DNA of 64,000 nucleotides from NCBI GenBank assembly GCA_040752275.1, contig JBFMFH010000057.1:3895-67894 (forward strand), in the 5' to 3' direction. Made by a program: the position numbers and the translations under genes. Below are positions 48,835 through 58,095 of this stretch, one piece after another. Numbering within the stretch: the first letter of the stretch is position 1; every line of letters starts with the position of its first letter. Below the pieces are notes generated by a model. The model was not told the DNA's origin. It did not search any database and was given only the letters and a program-made list of their open reading frames with translations. Source of the stretch: Acidobacteriota bacterium (GTDB lineage: Bacteria; Acidobacteriota; Vicinamibacteria; Vicinamibacterales; JAKQTR01).

Positions 48835-51800
48835 TTGACCGCTCCCAACTTCCTCTTCAGCAACTCCTTGTTGAGCGCGGCGAGGTCCGTCTTTACGAGG
48901 GCGTCCAGCGTCGCCAGCTGTTCGTCCAGCCGGCCCGACAGTGCCTTGAACACGACGCGGGACTGCTCGGTCGGCCTCCCATCGCCCGCCTCCACTACGC
49001 CCTGCAGGGCCGCGAGCTTGTTGTTGACCCTGATCGGGAAGTTGAGCGGGTCCTGGTTGCTTTGATTGCGGTACTGATAGATCTCGCCTTCGATCGCCGT
49101 GAGCTTCTCGATCAGGGCATCGGCCGCCACGACCGGCTTCGACGGCTTCTTTCCCTTCTCCTTCTCTCGCATCGTGCCTGCCCGCTCCGCGAGCTGCTTC
49201 TTCATCTCGCGAAGGCGGATGACCGTGTCGTTCGCCTGGCTGACGCGATCCCGAATCTGAGAGGCCAGCTCGAACTGGGCCTGCAAGTCGGCGTCGGTGA
49301 CGCCCGGCACCGCCACATTGCGCGTGATGGTGAACTTTGTCTTCGCCTGCCCTGCGGCCGTCAGCCTGACCTGATAGGTTCCCGGCGGCACGAGGGGGCC
49401 ACGCGTGCTGGCGGCCCAGAGGATCATGCCGGGGAACTCCGTCGCGCCCGCGGCCCGCATGTCCCAGGTGAACCGGTTCATCCCCGCCCTCGTGGCCACC
49501 TGCGGTGGACGCCCCCTGAAGAACTCCTCCTCCGGCGGCGCGTCGGCTGGCTTCTGCCCCGCCTTGGCTTCGCCCGCAAACGACGTCAGCACCCGTCCGT
49601 TGGCGTCGAGGATTTCGATTGCCACCCGGTCCGCCGCGGACTTCAGGTAGTAGTCGATGGTGACATTGCGGCTGACGCCCCGCACCGCGTCAGCGGGATC
49701 GAACAGGTGAACATCGGCATCGGCCAAGCCAGGCTTCAGCTGGCGCAGCACGGCCACGTTGTCGAGGATGTAGAACGACCGCCCGTGCGTGCCGATCACC
49801 ACGTCGTTCTCGGTGGAGACAATGCCGTGCACCGGCGTGTCGGGCAGATCGAGACGCAGCGACTGCCAGTTCGCCCCATCGTCGAAGGAGGCGTAGAACC
49901 CATGTTCCGTGCCCAGATACAGGAGGCCCGCCCGCTTCACGTCCTCGCGGATCGCCCGGGCAAAGTCGTTCAGAGGAAGGCCGCGCACGATGCGAGTCCA
50001 CGTCCTCCCGAAGTCGGTCGTGCGGTACACGTGCGGACCGCGATCGCCCCGCTGGTATCGATTGGCCGCCACATACGCCGTCCCTGCCTTGTGGGGAGAC
50101 GCCTCGATCACGCTGATCCGCGCGAAGTCGGGAAGATCCGCCGGCGTCACGTTCTCCCAGGTTCTTCCCCCGTCTCGCGTCACGTGAATGAGCCCGTCGT
50201 CCGAGCCGGTCCAGATCGTGTGGCTGTCGTGCCGCGACGGAGCAATCGTGAAGATGGTGGCGTAGGTCTCCACGCCGGTCTGGTCGAGCGTAATCGGACC
50301 GCCCGAGGGCCCCATCGTCGCCAGGTCGTGACGAGTCAGGTCCGGGCTGATCCGTTCCCAGCTCTGGCCTTCGTCGGTCGTCCTCCACAGGTGCTGCGAC
50401 GCCACATACAGCACCCGCGGATCCGTGGCCGAGAACACGATGGGGAACGTCCACTGGAAGCGCTCGGTGATGTCCGACGACGAGTGCCCCATCGGGTTAT
50501 CGGGCCAGACATTGACCGCACGCATGTGGCCGGTCTCGCGATCGAAGCGCGTCAGATATCCCCCGTAGCTGCCCGCATAGAAGATGTCTGGATTCCGCGG
50601 ATCGGGGGCGATGTAGCCGCTCTCGCCGCCGCCAACCGCGTAGAGTGCTCCCTGCCCGGTACTCGACACGCAGGCCGTACTGTTGTCCTGCTGCGCGCCG
50701 CAGACGTGGTACGGCACGTCCGCGGTTACGAACGCGTTGTAGAACTGGGCCGTCGCGAAGTCCTGGTCGGTCCACGACTCGCCGCCGTTGACCGACACGT
50801 TCGCGCCGCCGTCGTTCGAGTTGATCATCCGCTTCGGATCGTCCGGCGCGATCCACAGATCGTGGTTGTCTCCGTGGGGGACGCGGATCGCCGCGTAGGT
50901 CTTGCCGGCGTCGGTCGAGCGGTAGAACCCCGTGTTCAGGACGTACACGGTGTCACGGACCTTCGGGTCGGCGTAGATCCGCGTGTAGTAGAACGCCCGC
51001 TGCCGCAGCCGGCGCTCGTCGTTCACCTGTGTCCACGTTGCCCCGGCGTCATTCGAGAGGAAGACGCCGCCCTTCTCGTTCTCCACGATCGCGTAGACAC
51101 GGTTCGCGTCGGCGGGCGACACGGCCACGCCGACCTTGCCCCAGATGCCGGCCGGGAGCCCGGGGTTCTTCGTGAGTTCGCTCCAGCTGTCACCGCCGTC
51201 CGTCGACGTGAACAGACCACTGCCCGGTCCGCCGCTCGACAGCGAGTGCGGCGTCCGGAAGACCTCCCAGAGGGCCGCGTAGAGGGTCTGGGGGTTCCCC
51301 GGGTGCATCGACAGGTCGACTGCGCCCGTCTTGTCGTCGCGGAACAGGATACGCTGCCACGTCTTCCCGCCGTCCTTCGACCGGAACACGCCGCGCTCAG
51401 GGCTGGCTGCGTACGGGTGGCCGAGCACGGCCGCATACACGAGGTCGGGATTGGACGGATGCACGCGGAGGCGGGCGATGGCCATCGAGTCTCTCAGACC
51501 GCTGTGCGACCAGGTCTTCCCGCCGTCGGTCGACTTGTAGACCCCGTCGCCTTGGATGATGTTGCCGCGCAGCTGGGTTTCTCCCGTGCCGGCGTACACC
51601 ACGTCAGGGTTCGATGGGGCCACCACGACGGCCCCGACCGACGATGACGTGAAGTGGCGATCGGAGACCGCGCGCCAGGTGGTCCCGCCGTCGGTCGTCT
51701 TCCACAGGCCGCCGCCAGTCGCCCCGAAGTAGTACTCGAGTGGCCGGCTCTGACTCCCGGCGACCGCCGTCGACCGGCCGCCTCGGGCCGGGCCGATGCT

Positions 51801-51935
51801 GCGCCAGCGCAATCCTCCGAAGAGGCTGTCGGGGTACGCGGAGCTCTGCTGCGCGGAAGGCGTCCACGTCTGCCACACCGCAGTCGCGGCCACGATGACC
51901 GCCACCCCTGCCGCTCGCAACCAGGTTCGTCGCAT
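48831..51935 (-). CDS. Secreted sortilin/VPS10-type BNR (Asp-box) repeat protein
   Basis: Trimmed to MRRTWLRAAGVAVIVAATAV (signal). Multiple Asp-boxes: TTDGGTTW, STDGGKTW, SKDGGKTW, STDGGDSW, SNDAGATW, STDAGKTY, TRDGGRTW. Confidence 0.8.
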   Translation of the reverse strand: MRRTWLRAAGVAVIVAATAVWQTWTPSAQQSSAYPDSLFGGLRWRSIGPARGGRSTAVAGSQSRPLEYYFGATGGGLWKTTDGGTTWRAVSDRHFTSSSVGAVVVAPSNPDVVYAGTGETQLRGNIIQGDGVYKSTDGGKTWSHSGLRDSMAIARLRVHPSNPDLVYAAVLGHPYAASPERGVFRSKDGGKTWQRILFRDDKTGAVDLSMHPGNPQTLYAALWEVFRTPHSLSSGGPGSGLFTSTDGGDSWSELTKNPGLPAGIWGKVGVAVSPADANRVYAIVENEKGGVFLSNDAGATWTQVNDERRLRQRAFYYTRIYADPKVRDTVYVLNTGFYRSTDAGKTYAAIRVPHGDNHDLWIAPDDPKRMINSNDGGANVSVNGGESWTDQDFATAQFYNAFVTADVPYHVCGAQQDNSTACVSSTGQGALYAVGGGESGYIAPDPRNPDIFYAGSYGGYLTRFDRETGHMRAVNVWPDNPMGHSSSDITERFQWTFPIVFSATDPRVLYVASQHLWRTTDEGQSWERISPDLTRHDLATMGPSGGPITLDQTGVETYATIFTIAPSRHDSHTIWTGSDDGLIHVTRDGGRTWENVTPADLPDFARISVIEASPHKAGTAYVAANRYQRGDRGPHVYRTTDFGRTWTRIVRGLPLNDFARAIREDVKRAGLLYLGTEHGFYASFDDGANWQSLRLDLPDTPVHGIVSTENDVVIGTHGRSFYILDNVAVLRQLKPGLADADVHLFDPADAVRGVSRNVTIDYYLKSAADRVAIEILDANGRVLTSFAGEAKAGQKPADAPPEEEFFRGRPPQVATRAGMNRFTWDMRAAGATEFPGMILWAASTRGPLVPPGTYQVRLTAAGQAKTKFTITRNVAVPGVTDADLQAQFELASQIRDRVSQANDTVIRLREMKKQLAERAGTMREKEKGKKPSKPVVAADALIEKLTAIEGEIYQYRNQSNQDPLNFPIRVNNKLAALQGVVEAGDGRPTEQSRVVFKALSGRLDEQLATLDALVKTDLAALNKELLKRKLGAVK

Positions 51936-51984
51936 CTGATGGGTCTCCTCTGAAGGCGCTGTGACCCCTGTCACCGTATGCCGG

Positions 51985-54900
51985 TCACTTCTCGTCGAGT
52001 CGGCGACCTGCGTCCAGCGCGTTGTGGTTCATGATCGCGTTGAAGACCAGGGCATAGGTGCCGTGAGTCTCGCCGCGCCACATCGGGTTGATCGCGAAGA
52101 CGACCACGTGCCCCTTGTCCAGCGGCACATCCACGACCGCAGGCCGCTGCGCGATCTCGTTCCCGTTCTCGAGCAGCCCCGAGACGAGGAGTTCGCGAGT
52201 GTCCCCATAGCGCAGGACCACGCGCGGCCGCTGCGCCGGCGGGATGATCCCGAGCGGGTTGCGAAGCTGTTCGTCGGTCACCGGCGCGGCCTGCCAGGGC
52301 TCCGCGCGGGGTGGTTCCTCAGGAGGCGTTGCGACCGGGCGTCCCTGCGGCGTGTCCTGATCGTCGGGCGTGCCCCGGCCCGTCGGGCGCTCCGGACCGC
52401 TCTCGCCGCTCCGGCCGCGGCCGCCGGCTCCGCTGCTGACGCCGAGCACCAGCCCCGGGGCCGAGTACACCGCCAGGCTCTCACCGTAGCCGTAGGCAAT
52501 AGGACTCGCGCCATCCACGAACCGGGCGCGCATCACCGTCCCCGGGGCCCGGATCCGAGATGGCCGCTGCACCGACAGCCCCGGCGTGAACCCCAGTGTG
52601 TTGACGAACTCGGTCGTGTCGCCGGCGGTGATGAGCAGGCCGCCCTTGCGCACGAACGATTCCAGCTTCGCCACGCCTTCCCACCCGAGCCCGGGCCGCA
52701 TGTCGTCGGTCGAGTCGATCTTCCCGATGTTGGGGGTGAGCTCCGTCGTCTTCCACGGCAGCGGATTCCGCCACATCGGCATGCCGGAGATGATCTGCTG
52801 GCCGCCGCGCCCGACTGGCGGAAAGACGACAACGTCCCATTTCGCCTTCAGGTCGGCCTCTGCGGCGATGACCTGGGTGCTGACGTAGTCGTACGCAATC
52901 CCCAGGCGGTCGAACTCCATTCGCCACCAGCCTTCATCCTGGGTCCCCAGCCAGGTGTGCACGTAGGCGATGCGGGGCGCCGTGACCCTGTGGGTCTTCA
53001 CCGCCGGCGCCGACGCCAGCGCATGCACCCGGAGCCCGAGGTCCGACGCCGCGGAGTTCAGGGCGTCGGCCGCCACTCCCGCAATCAGGAAGGACCCACG
53101 GCTGAACGTCCGTCCGCCGGCCTCGAAGGACTCCTCGGCCACATCGAACGCTGCGTCTTTGAAGCGGTACCGAAGGGCAATGAGCGAGGGATCGGTATCG
53201 TTGTTCACGGCGAACACGACGCCGGTCCCGCTCACGCCGCCGGGGGCCTTCACCGCCGAGACCCTCTCCATCGCCGCGTCCAGCACCTTGGCGTCGGTCA
53301 CCCGGACGACCTGCACGTTGAACAGCTCCCCGAAGGTCCACCCGGTGTCGTCGTAGGGCCGCCGCTGCGGATCGTTGGGCGCCCAGTACTGGTAGTCGAG
53401 CAGCGCATCGGCAATCCGACTGTACGGCTGGTCCATGCGCACGATGTAGCTGCCGGCCGGGAACTCGCGGGTGTCGGCGGCCGGCTTCTCGGGTTTCTCG
53501 CTCTCAGGCTTCTGAGTCTCGGCCCCAGCACGGCCGGCCTGCTCTCCGCGTCCGCCTCCTTCTTCGCCCGCCGGCCGCGTGCGCCTCTTCGCCGGCAACG
53601 TCACGGTGAAGGGAGCCGTCGCCCGGGCAATTTCAACGTGCTGGCGCTCGAGCACCCGCAGCAGCTCCGCCTGGGCCCCCAATCGCGCATCGTCGCCCGG
53701 AAACACGTAGGCGGCCGGGCCTTCGTTCTTCGGCTTCGTGATCGACCGTTTGGCCTTCAGGTAGAAGTTCTTGAGGAAGAGCTTGCTGTTGCCGCCGAAG
53801 TACGACAACGCCGTGAGCAGACCCGTCTGTTGGTAGTTGTTGTTGTTGCGCTGCGACCACATGACCTCTGGCAGCGGCGGGTTCTGCCGGTACCAGGTCC
53901 GGGCGTAGGCGCCCGGCTGCAGGCGGCGCTTGACGGTGTCCGCACCAGCATTGCCGAATGTCTCGTACAGGCGGCTGATCCCGTTGTGCATGGCCCCGAT
54001 GAACATCAGGTAGCCGGGCGACCAGGTGTCGAAGGTACCGTGGGTGAATGCGCCCGGCATCCCGAACTTGGTCAGCTCGGCCATGTTGTGCCAGCCGAGC
54101 AACTGCCATTCGTCCGTCAGGATCGGATCGACCCAGGCGTTGTACGGGCCGTCGCCGACCGTGTTGTCATAGAGGTACGGCACCGATTCATGGAGGTCGT
54201 GAAGAACCTGGGCCTTCTGAGCAACGAACGCGTTCACGACGTTACGCGTGAGCGCGAGCCTCGCGCCCATCGCGTCCCGGTTGTTGTCGTGGACGACATA
54301 CCTGCCCCAGTACGGCAGCGACGGCCACGTGTCGTTCGGATGCGCCAGATGCCATCTGTAGATGTCCACCTGCCGGTCCCGCCCATCCGTTTCGACAACG
54401 GGCGTGATCATCGTGACGACCTCGTTGCGGATGGCCTTGATGTAGGGGCTGTCATCGACGACCAACCGGTAGGCCAGCTCCATCAGCGCCGTCGGAGACC
54501 CGGTTTCGGGCGAGTGGATCGCTCCCGTGATGTAATAGACCGGCACGCTCTGCATGACCAGGCGGTCCGCCTCCGCATCATCGAGATTGATGGTCCGCGG
54601 GTCAGCCAGCTTCGCCAGGCGCGCGCGGTTCTCGTCCAGCTTCGCCATCACCGTCTCCGACGCGATGGCAATGGCAATCATCTCGCGCCCTTCCTCGGAG
54701 GTGCCAATGGAGAACACCTTCACGCGCCGCGGACTGGCCTTTTCGAGCATCCGCATGTACTGGTGGACCTCGGCCGTGTAGGGCAGCCTGCCCGGAGCGC
54801 CGGCCACGTCCCCCAGCACGGCCTGAGGCGTCGGCACACTCTTCGACGCAGGGAGGTAGTCCACCAGCGGCGACAGGAAGAACGGTTCCGTCGTGTACTC

Positions 54901-55041
54901 TCTGATCTTCTTCGTGTACTCCTCGTCGATCGGCTGCTTCGGATCGCGGGCGTACTTGTTCGGCTGGGCCAGCGCGCCCGCGCTGACGAGCACCACCAGG
55001 GCGGAGATCACGCCCCACCGGACTGCTGCACGTCGCTTCAT
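51985..55041 (-). CDS. Secreted M14-family zinc carboxypeptidase-like protein (about 1018 aa)
   Basis: Trimmed to MKRRAAVRWGVISALVVLVSAGALA (signal). Zinc motif GAIHSPE (HxxE). Long C-terminal extension with a low-complexity linker. Confidence 0.75.
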   Translation of the reverse strand: MKRRAAVRWGVISALVVLVSAGALAQPNKYARDPKQPIDEEYTKKIREYTTEPFFLSPLVDYLPASKSVPTPQAVLGDVAGAPGRLPYTAEVHQYMRMLEKASPRRVKVFSIGTSEEGREMIAIAIASETVMAKLDENRARLAKLADPRTINLDDAEADRLVMQSVPVYYITGAIHSPETGSPTALMELAYRLVVDDSPYIKAIRNEVVTMITPVVETDGRDRQVDIYRWHLAHPNDTWPSLPYWGRYVVHDNNRDAMGARLALTRNVVNAFVAQKAQVLHDLHESVPYLYDNTVGDGPYNAWVDPILTDEWQLLGWHNMAELTKFGMPGAFTHGTFDTWSPGYLMFIGAMHNGISRLYETFGNAGADTVKRRLQPGAYARTWYRQNPPLPEVMWSQRNNNNYQQTGLLTALSYFGGNSKLFLKNFYLKAKRSITKPKNEGPAAYVFPGDDARLGAQAELLRVLERQHVEIARATAPFTVTLPAKRRTRPAGEEGGGRGEQAGRAGAETQKPESEKPEKPAADTREFPAGSYIVRMDQPYSRIADALLDYQYWAPNDPQRRPYDDTGWTFGELFNVQVVRVTDAKVLDAAMERVSAVKAPGGVSGTGVVFAVNNDTDPSLIALRYRFKDAAFDVAEESFEAGGRTFSRGSFLIAGVAADALNSAASDLGLRVHALASAPAVKTHRVTAPRIAYVHTWLGTQDEGWWRMEFDRLGIAYDYVSTQVIAAEADLKAKWDVVVFPPVGRGGQQIISGMPMWRNPLPWKTTELTPNIGKIDSTDDMRPGLGWEGVAKLESFVRKGGLLITAGDTTEFVNTLGFTPGLSVQRPSRIRAPGTVMRARFVDGASPIAYGYGESLAVYSAPGLVLGVSSGAGGRGRSGESGPERPTGRGTPDDQDTPQGRPVATPPEEPPRAEPWQAAPVTDEQLRNPLGIIPPAQRPRVVLRYGDTRELLVSGLLENGNEIAQRPAVVDVPLDKGHVVVFAINPMWRGETHGTYALVFNAIMNHNALDAGRRLDEK

Positions 55042-55114
55042 AAGTGACTCTCCGGGGACAGGTTCCTCGCCGCGGGATTCTATCAGGAAGTCAACGGCAC
55101 CCGATCCCCGCCCA

Positions 55115-55444
55115 TCAAAACCACTTCGGCAGGATGGGGTCCTTGCTCGCCTGGTCGGCCCAGACGAGCACCCACCGGATGCTCGGCCAGAGAACGACCA
55201 GGGCAAGCAGAACCAGCAGCAGAAGCAGGAGACCGGCGTGCTCCGACACCCAGTACACGCGGCTGGTACGACGCTGGACCACAGCGCAGTCCGGACATAG
55301 ACCAGGCCGGCCGACTACGACCCCGCAGCCTGGGCATGTCAGCGCGGCGACCGCCTTGCGCTCCGCCTCGCAGCGCGCGCAGGTCGAGACGCCCAGGTAG
55401 TCAGTGATGACTTGCGTGTCCGGATGTCGGTGGCACCATGGCAT
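55115..55444 (-). CDS. Small B-box/zinc-ribbon-like membrane protein
   Basis: 109 aa from MPWCHRHPDT. Three CxxC pairs (CARC, CPGC, CPDC), then one TM (LLLLLLVLLALVVLW). No homolog recognised. Confidence 0.45.
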   Translation of the reverse strand: MPWCHRHPDTQVITDYLGVSTCARCEAERKAVAALTCPGCGVVVGRPGLCPDCAVVQRRTSRVYWVSEHAGLLLLLLVLLALVVLWPSIRWVLVWADQASKDPILPKWF

Positions 55445-55497
55445 CAGCAGCCCACCCGCGCGCGATGATACTACACGGGAACCCTCTCTTCCCTTCC

Positions 55498-55527
55498 TTG
55501 ACACCCCCTTTCCCTCCCGGCTAGAGT
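55498..55527 (+). promoter_or_regulatory. Putative sigma70 promoter of the S46 peptidase gene
   Basis: Perfect TTGACA (55498-55503), 18-nt spacer, TAGAGT (55522-55527). Confidence 0.4.
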
Positions 55528-55596
55528 CGGGTGCCCGCCTTCTTGTCGCCCCGCGGGCGAGCACTCATTTCGACTCGTCTCATGCAGAGGCTACGT

Positions 55597-57678
55597 ATGA
55601 CACCCAGGAGACTCTTCGCGTTCGTGCTGGGCCTGCTGTTGGTCGCCACCGCGTACGGCGCGTCGATCGGCGCCGACGAGGGCTTCTGGCCCTACAACAG
55701 CATCCCGAGGGCCGCCATCAGGTCGAAGTACCGGTTCACGGTGACCGACCAGTGGCTGAACCACCTGCAGCTGGCCACCATACGGTTCGGCGGAGCCACG
55801 GGCTCCATCGTCTCGCCCAATGGTCTCGTGTTGACGAATCACCATGTCGGGCTCCGCACGCTGCAGAACCTGAGCACCCCGGGGAAGGACTACGTCAAGA
55901 GCGGGTTCTACGCACCCACGACGGCCGAAGAGCTGAAGGTGCCGGGGATGACCCTCAGCGTGCTTCAGAGCATCGAGGACGTGACCGAGAAGGTGAACGC
56001 GCCGGTCAAGCCCGGCATGACCGCTGCGCAGGTCAACGAGGCGCGCCAGTCGGCCATCCGGGCAGTCCAGGGACAGGCCGCGCCTGGGGTCAGCCGCCAG
56101 GTCGTCTCGCTGTACGCAGGGGCCCTGTATCACCTCTACACCTACAAGGTCTACTCGGACGTGCGCCTCGTGTTCGGCGTGGAGTACCAAACGGGCTTCT
56201 ACGGCGGCGACCCGGACAACTTCACCTACCCGCGCTACAACCTCGACGTCTGCGTGTTTCGGCTCTACGAGAGCGACAAGCCCGCCGAAACGCCCGTCTA
56301 TCTCAAGTGGTCCCCCAACGGCTCCAGGGAGAACGAGCTGGTGTTCACCACGGGACACCCGGGATCGACCCAGCGCTTGAATACCGTCGCGCACCTCAGG
56401 TACTTGCGGGACACGGCCCTGCCATTTTCGGTCGCGAACCTCGAGATGCGGGAGGCGGCCATCAAGCAGTGGGCATCGCTGAGCGCCGAGAATGCGCGGC
56501 AGACGCTCTCGGAGCTGTTCGGCGTCCAGAACAGCCTCAAGTCGCAGCGCGGACGCCTCGGGGGCCTGCGCGATCCGGCGTTGATGGGCAAGAAGGAGGC
56601 GGCCGAGGCGCGGCTGCGCGCCGAACTCGCCAAGAACCCGGCGCAGCAACAGGAACTGGGCAGCGCCTGGGACGTCATCGAGGAGACGCTCGCCGTCGCC
56701 AAACAGCTCGACGCCGAGCGTAACTTCGTCGCGAATGCGGCCGGACTCAATTCGACTCTCTTTGCCATGGCACGCAACCTCGTGCGCGCCGCCGACAACC
56801 CGCCTGCCCCGGAAGGCGGCCGCGGGGGCGCACCTGGGGGAGCGCCCGGCGGCGGCGGGCGTGGCGGGGCACCGGCCGCCCCGAATCTCGCTCGAGAGAA
56901 GGTCAACCTGACAGCCTCTTTGGCCTTCATGCAGGAGTTCCTCGGCGCCGAACACGCAATCGCGAAGCGCATTCTCGCCGGAAAGACGCCGGCAGCGCGC
57001 GCGTCGGAACTCGTCGACCAGACCCGGCTCCTGGATTCAGAAATCCAGACCCTCCTGCGAGCCGGCGGCAAGGCGGCCATCGATGCATCCACCGACCCCA
57101 TGATCGTTCTGGCACGTTCACTGGAGGCCGACGCCCAAGCCGTCGCGAAGCGGTACCAGGACGAAGTCACGGCCATTCAGCAGGCCGAGTACCCGAAAAT
57201 CGGCCAGGCCGTCTTCGTCGTCGATGGCCCGAAGGCCTATCCGGACGCGACCGGCACACTGCGCCTGTCGTATGGCACGGTGAAGTCTTATGTGGAAGAC
57301 GGCAGGAGGATTCCGGCCTTCACCGACTTCGCGGGGCTCTATGCGCGATCGGCCCAGCACAGCAACGAGCCACCGTGGGACCTGGCCCCGCGATGGGTCG
57401 AGAACAGGGCCGCCATCAACCTGAGGACGCCGTTCAACTTCGTCAGTACGAACGATATCGTCGGGGGGAACAGTGGGTCGGCGGTGGTCAACCGCAAAGG
57501 CGAGGTGGTGGGACTCGTCTTCGACGGCAACATCCAGATGCTGCCGGGCTACTACATCTACGAGGACTCGGTGAATCGTACGGTGTCGGTCGACTCGCGG
57601 GCGATCATCGAGGCACTCCGGGGAATCTACAAGGCAGACGCCCTGGCCGACGAGATGACCGGCAGGGGCCGGAGGTAG
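55597..57678 (+). CDS. S46-family dipeptidyl-peptidase (DPP7/DPP11-like)
   Basis: Signal MTPRRLFAFVLGLLLVATAYG. DEGFWPYN, catalytic His LVLTNHHV, catalytic Ser GGNSGSAVVN. Start could be 55582. Confidence 0.85.
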   Translation: MTPRRLFAFVLGLLLVATAYGASIGADEGFWPYNSIPRAAIRSKYRFTVTDQWLNHLQLATIRFGGATGSIVSPNGLVLTNHHVGLRTLQNLSTPGKDYVKSGFYAPTTAEELKVPGMTLSVLQSIEDVTEKVNAPVKPGMTAAQVNEARQSAIRAVQGQAAPGVSRQVVSLYAGALYHLYTYKVYSDVRLVFGVEYQTGFYGGDPDNFTYPRYNLDVCVFRLYESDKPAETPVYLKWSPNGSRENELVFTTGHPGSTQRLNTVAHLRYLRDTALPFSVANLEMREAAIKQWASLSAENARQTLSELFGVQNSLKSQRGRLGGLRDPALMGKKEAAEARLRAELAKNPAQQQELGSAWDVIEETLAVAKQLDAERNFVANAAGLNSTLFAMARNLVRAADNPPAPEGGRGGAPGGAPGGGGRGGAPAAPNLAREKVNLTASLAFMQEFLGAEHAIAKRILAGKTPAARASELVDQTRLLDSEIQTLLRAGGKAAIDASTDPMIVLARSLEADAQAVAKRYQDEVTAIQQAEYPKIGQAVFVVDGPKAYPDATGTLRLSYGTVKSYVEDGRRIPAFTDFAGLYARSAQHSNEPPWDLAPRWVENRAAINLRTPFNFVSTNDIVGGNSGSAVVNRKGEVVGLVFDGNIQMLPGYYIYEDSVNRTVSVDSRAIIEALRGIYKADALADEMTGRGRR

Positions 57679-57724
57679 AGCGCGGAACAGGCCGGTGCTG
57701 AAGCCCGGCGTCCATGTGGCGTCC

Positions 57725-57922
57725 TTACGAGCGGGGTGATGGCTCGCGCGGCTCGCCGTCGGGCGGCGATGAGCCGTCGTACCGGCCCCTTCCCGAGATC
57801 GCCGGCGTCTGGCCGCAGCAGCCTGCCACCATGCACTCGTCGCAGAGTCTCGACCCGCACAAGGCGCAATGATCGAACAGGTCCGCCCCGGCAGGACCTG
57901 CGCCGCATCGTTCGCACTGCAT
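57725..57922 (-). CDS. Tiny Cys-rich (zinc-ribbon-like) protein
   Basis: 65 aa from MQCERCGAG..HCALCGSRLCDECMVAGCC. GGGAGG lies about 10 nt upstream of the ATG. The longer ORF runs to 58096. Confidence 0.3.
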   Translation of the reverse strand: MQCERCGAGPAGADLFDHCALCGSRLCDECMVAGCCGQTPAISGRGRYDGSSPPDGEPREPSPRS

Positions 57923-58095
57923 CGGCGTCCCACCTCCCGTCCGCACCATAGCACGGCCACCGTCGGATCCCGAACCCCGCCGCGCGTCCCTGGCAGGCTG
58001 ACCAGCCTGACCGGGCGTCTTGCGCCCGGACGCGCCCTGACGTATAAGGGGCGCATCCCCATTCAATCGGACGGAGAGCCCGTCAGGAGTCCCCA

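Noticed and set aside
56806-56886. G/C-rich repetitive stretch inside the S46 peptidase gene encoding GGRGGAPGGAPGGGGRGGAPAAP.
   Set aside because: It is in-frame coding low complexity (a probable surface loop), not an independent repeat element.
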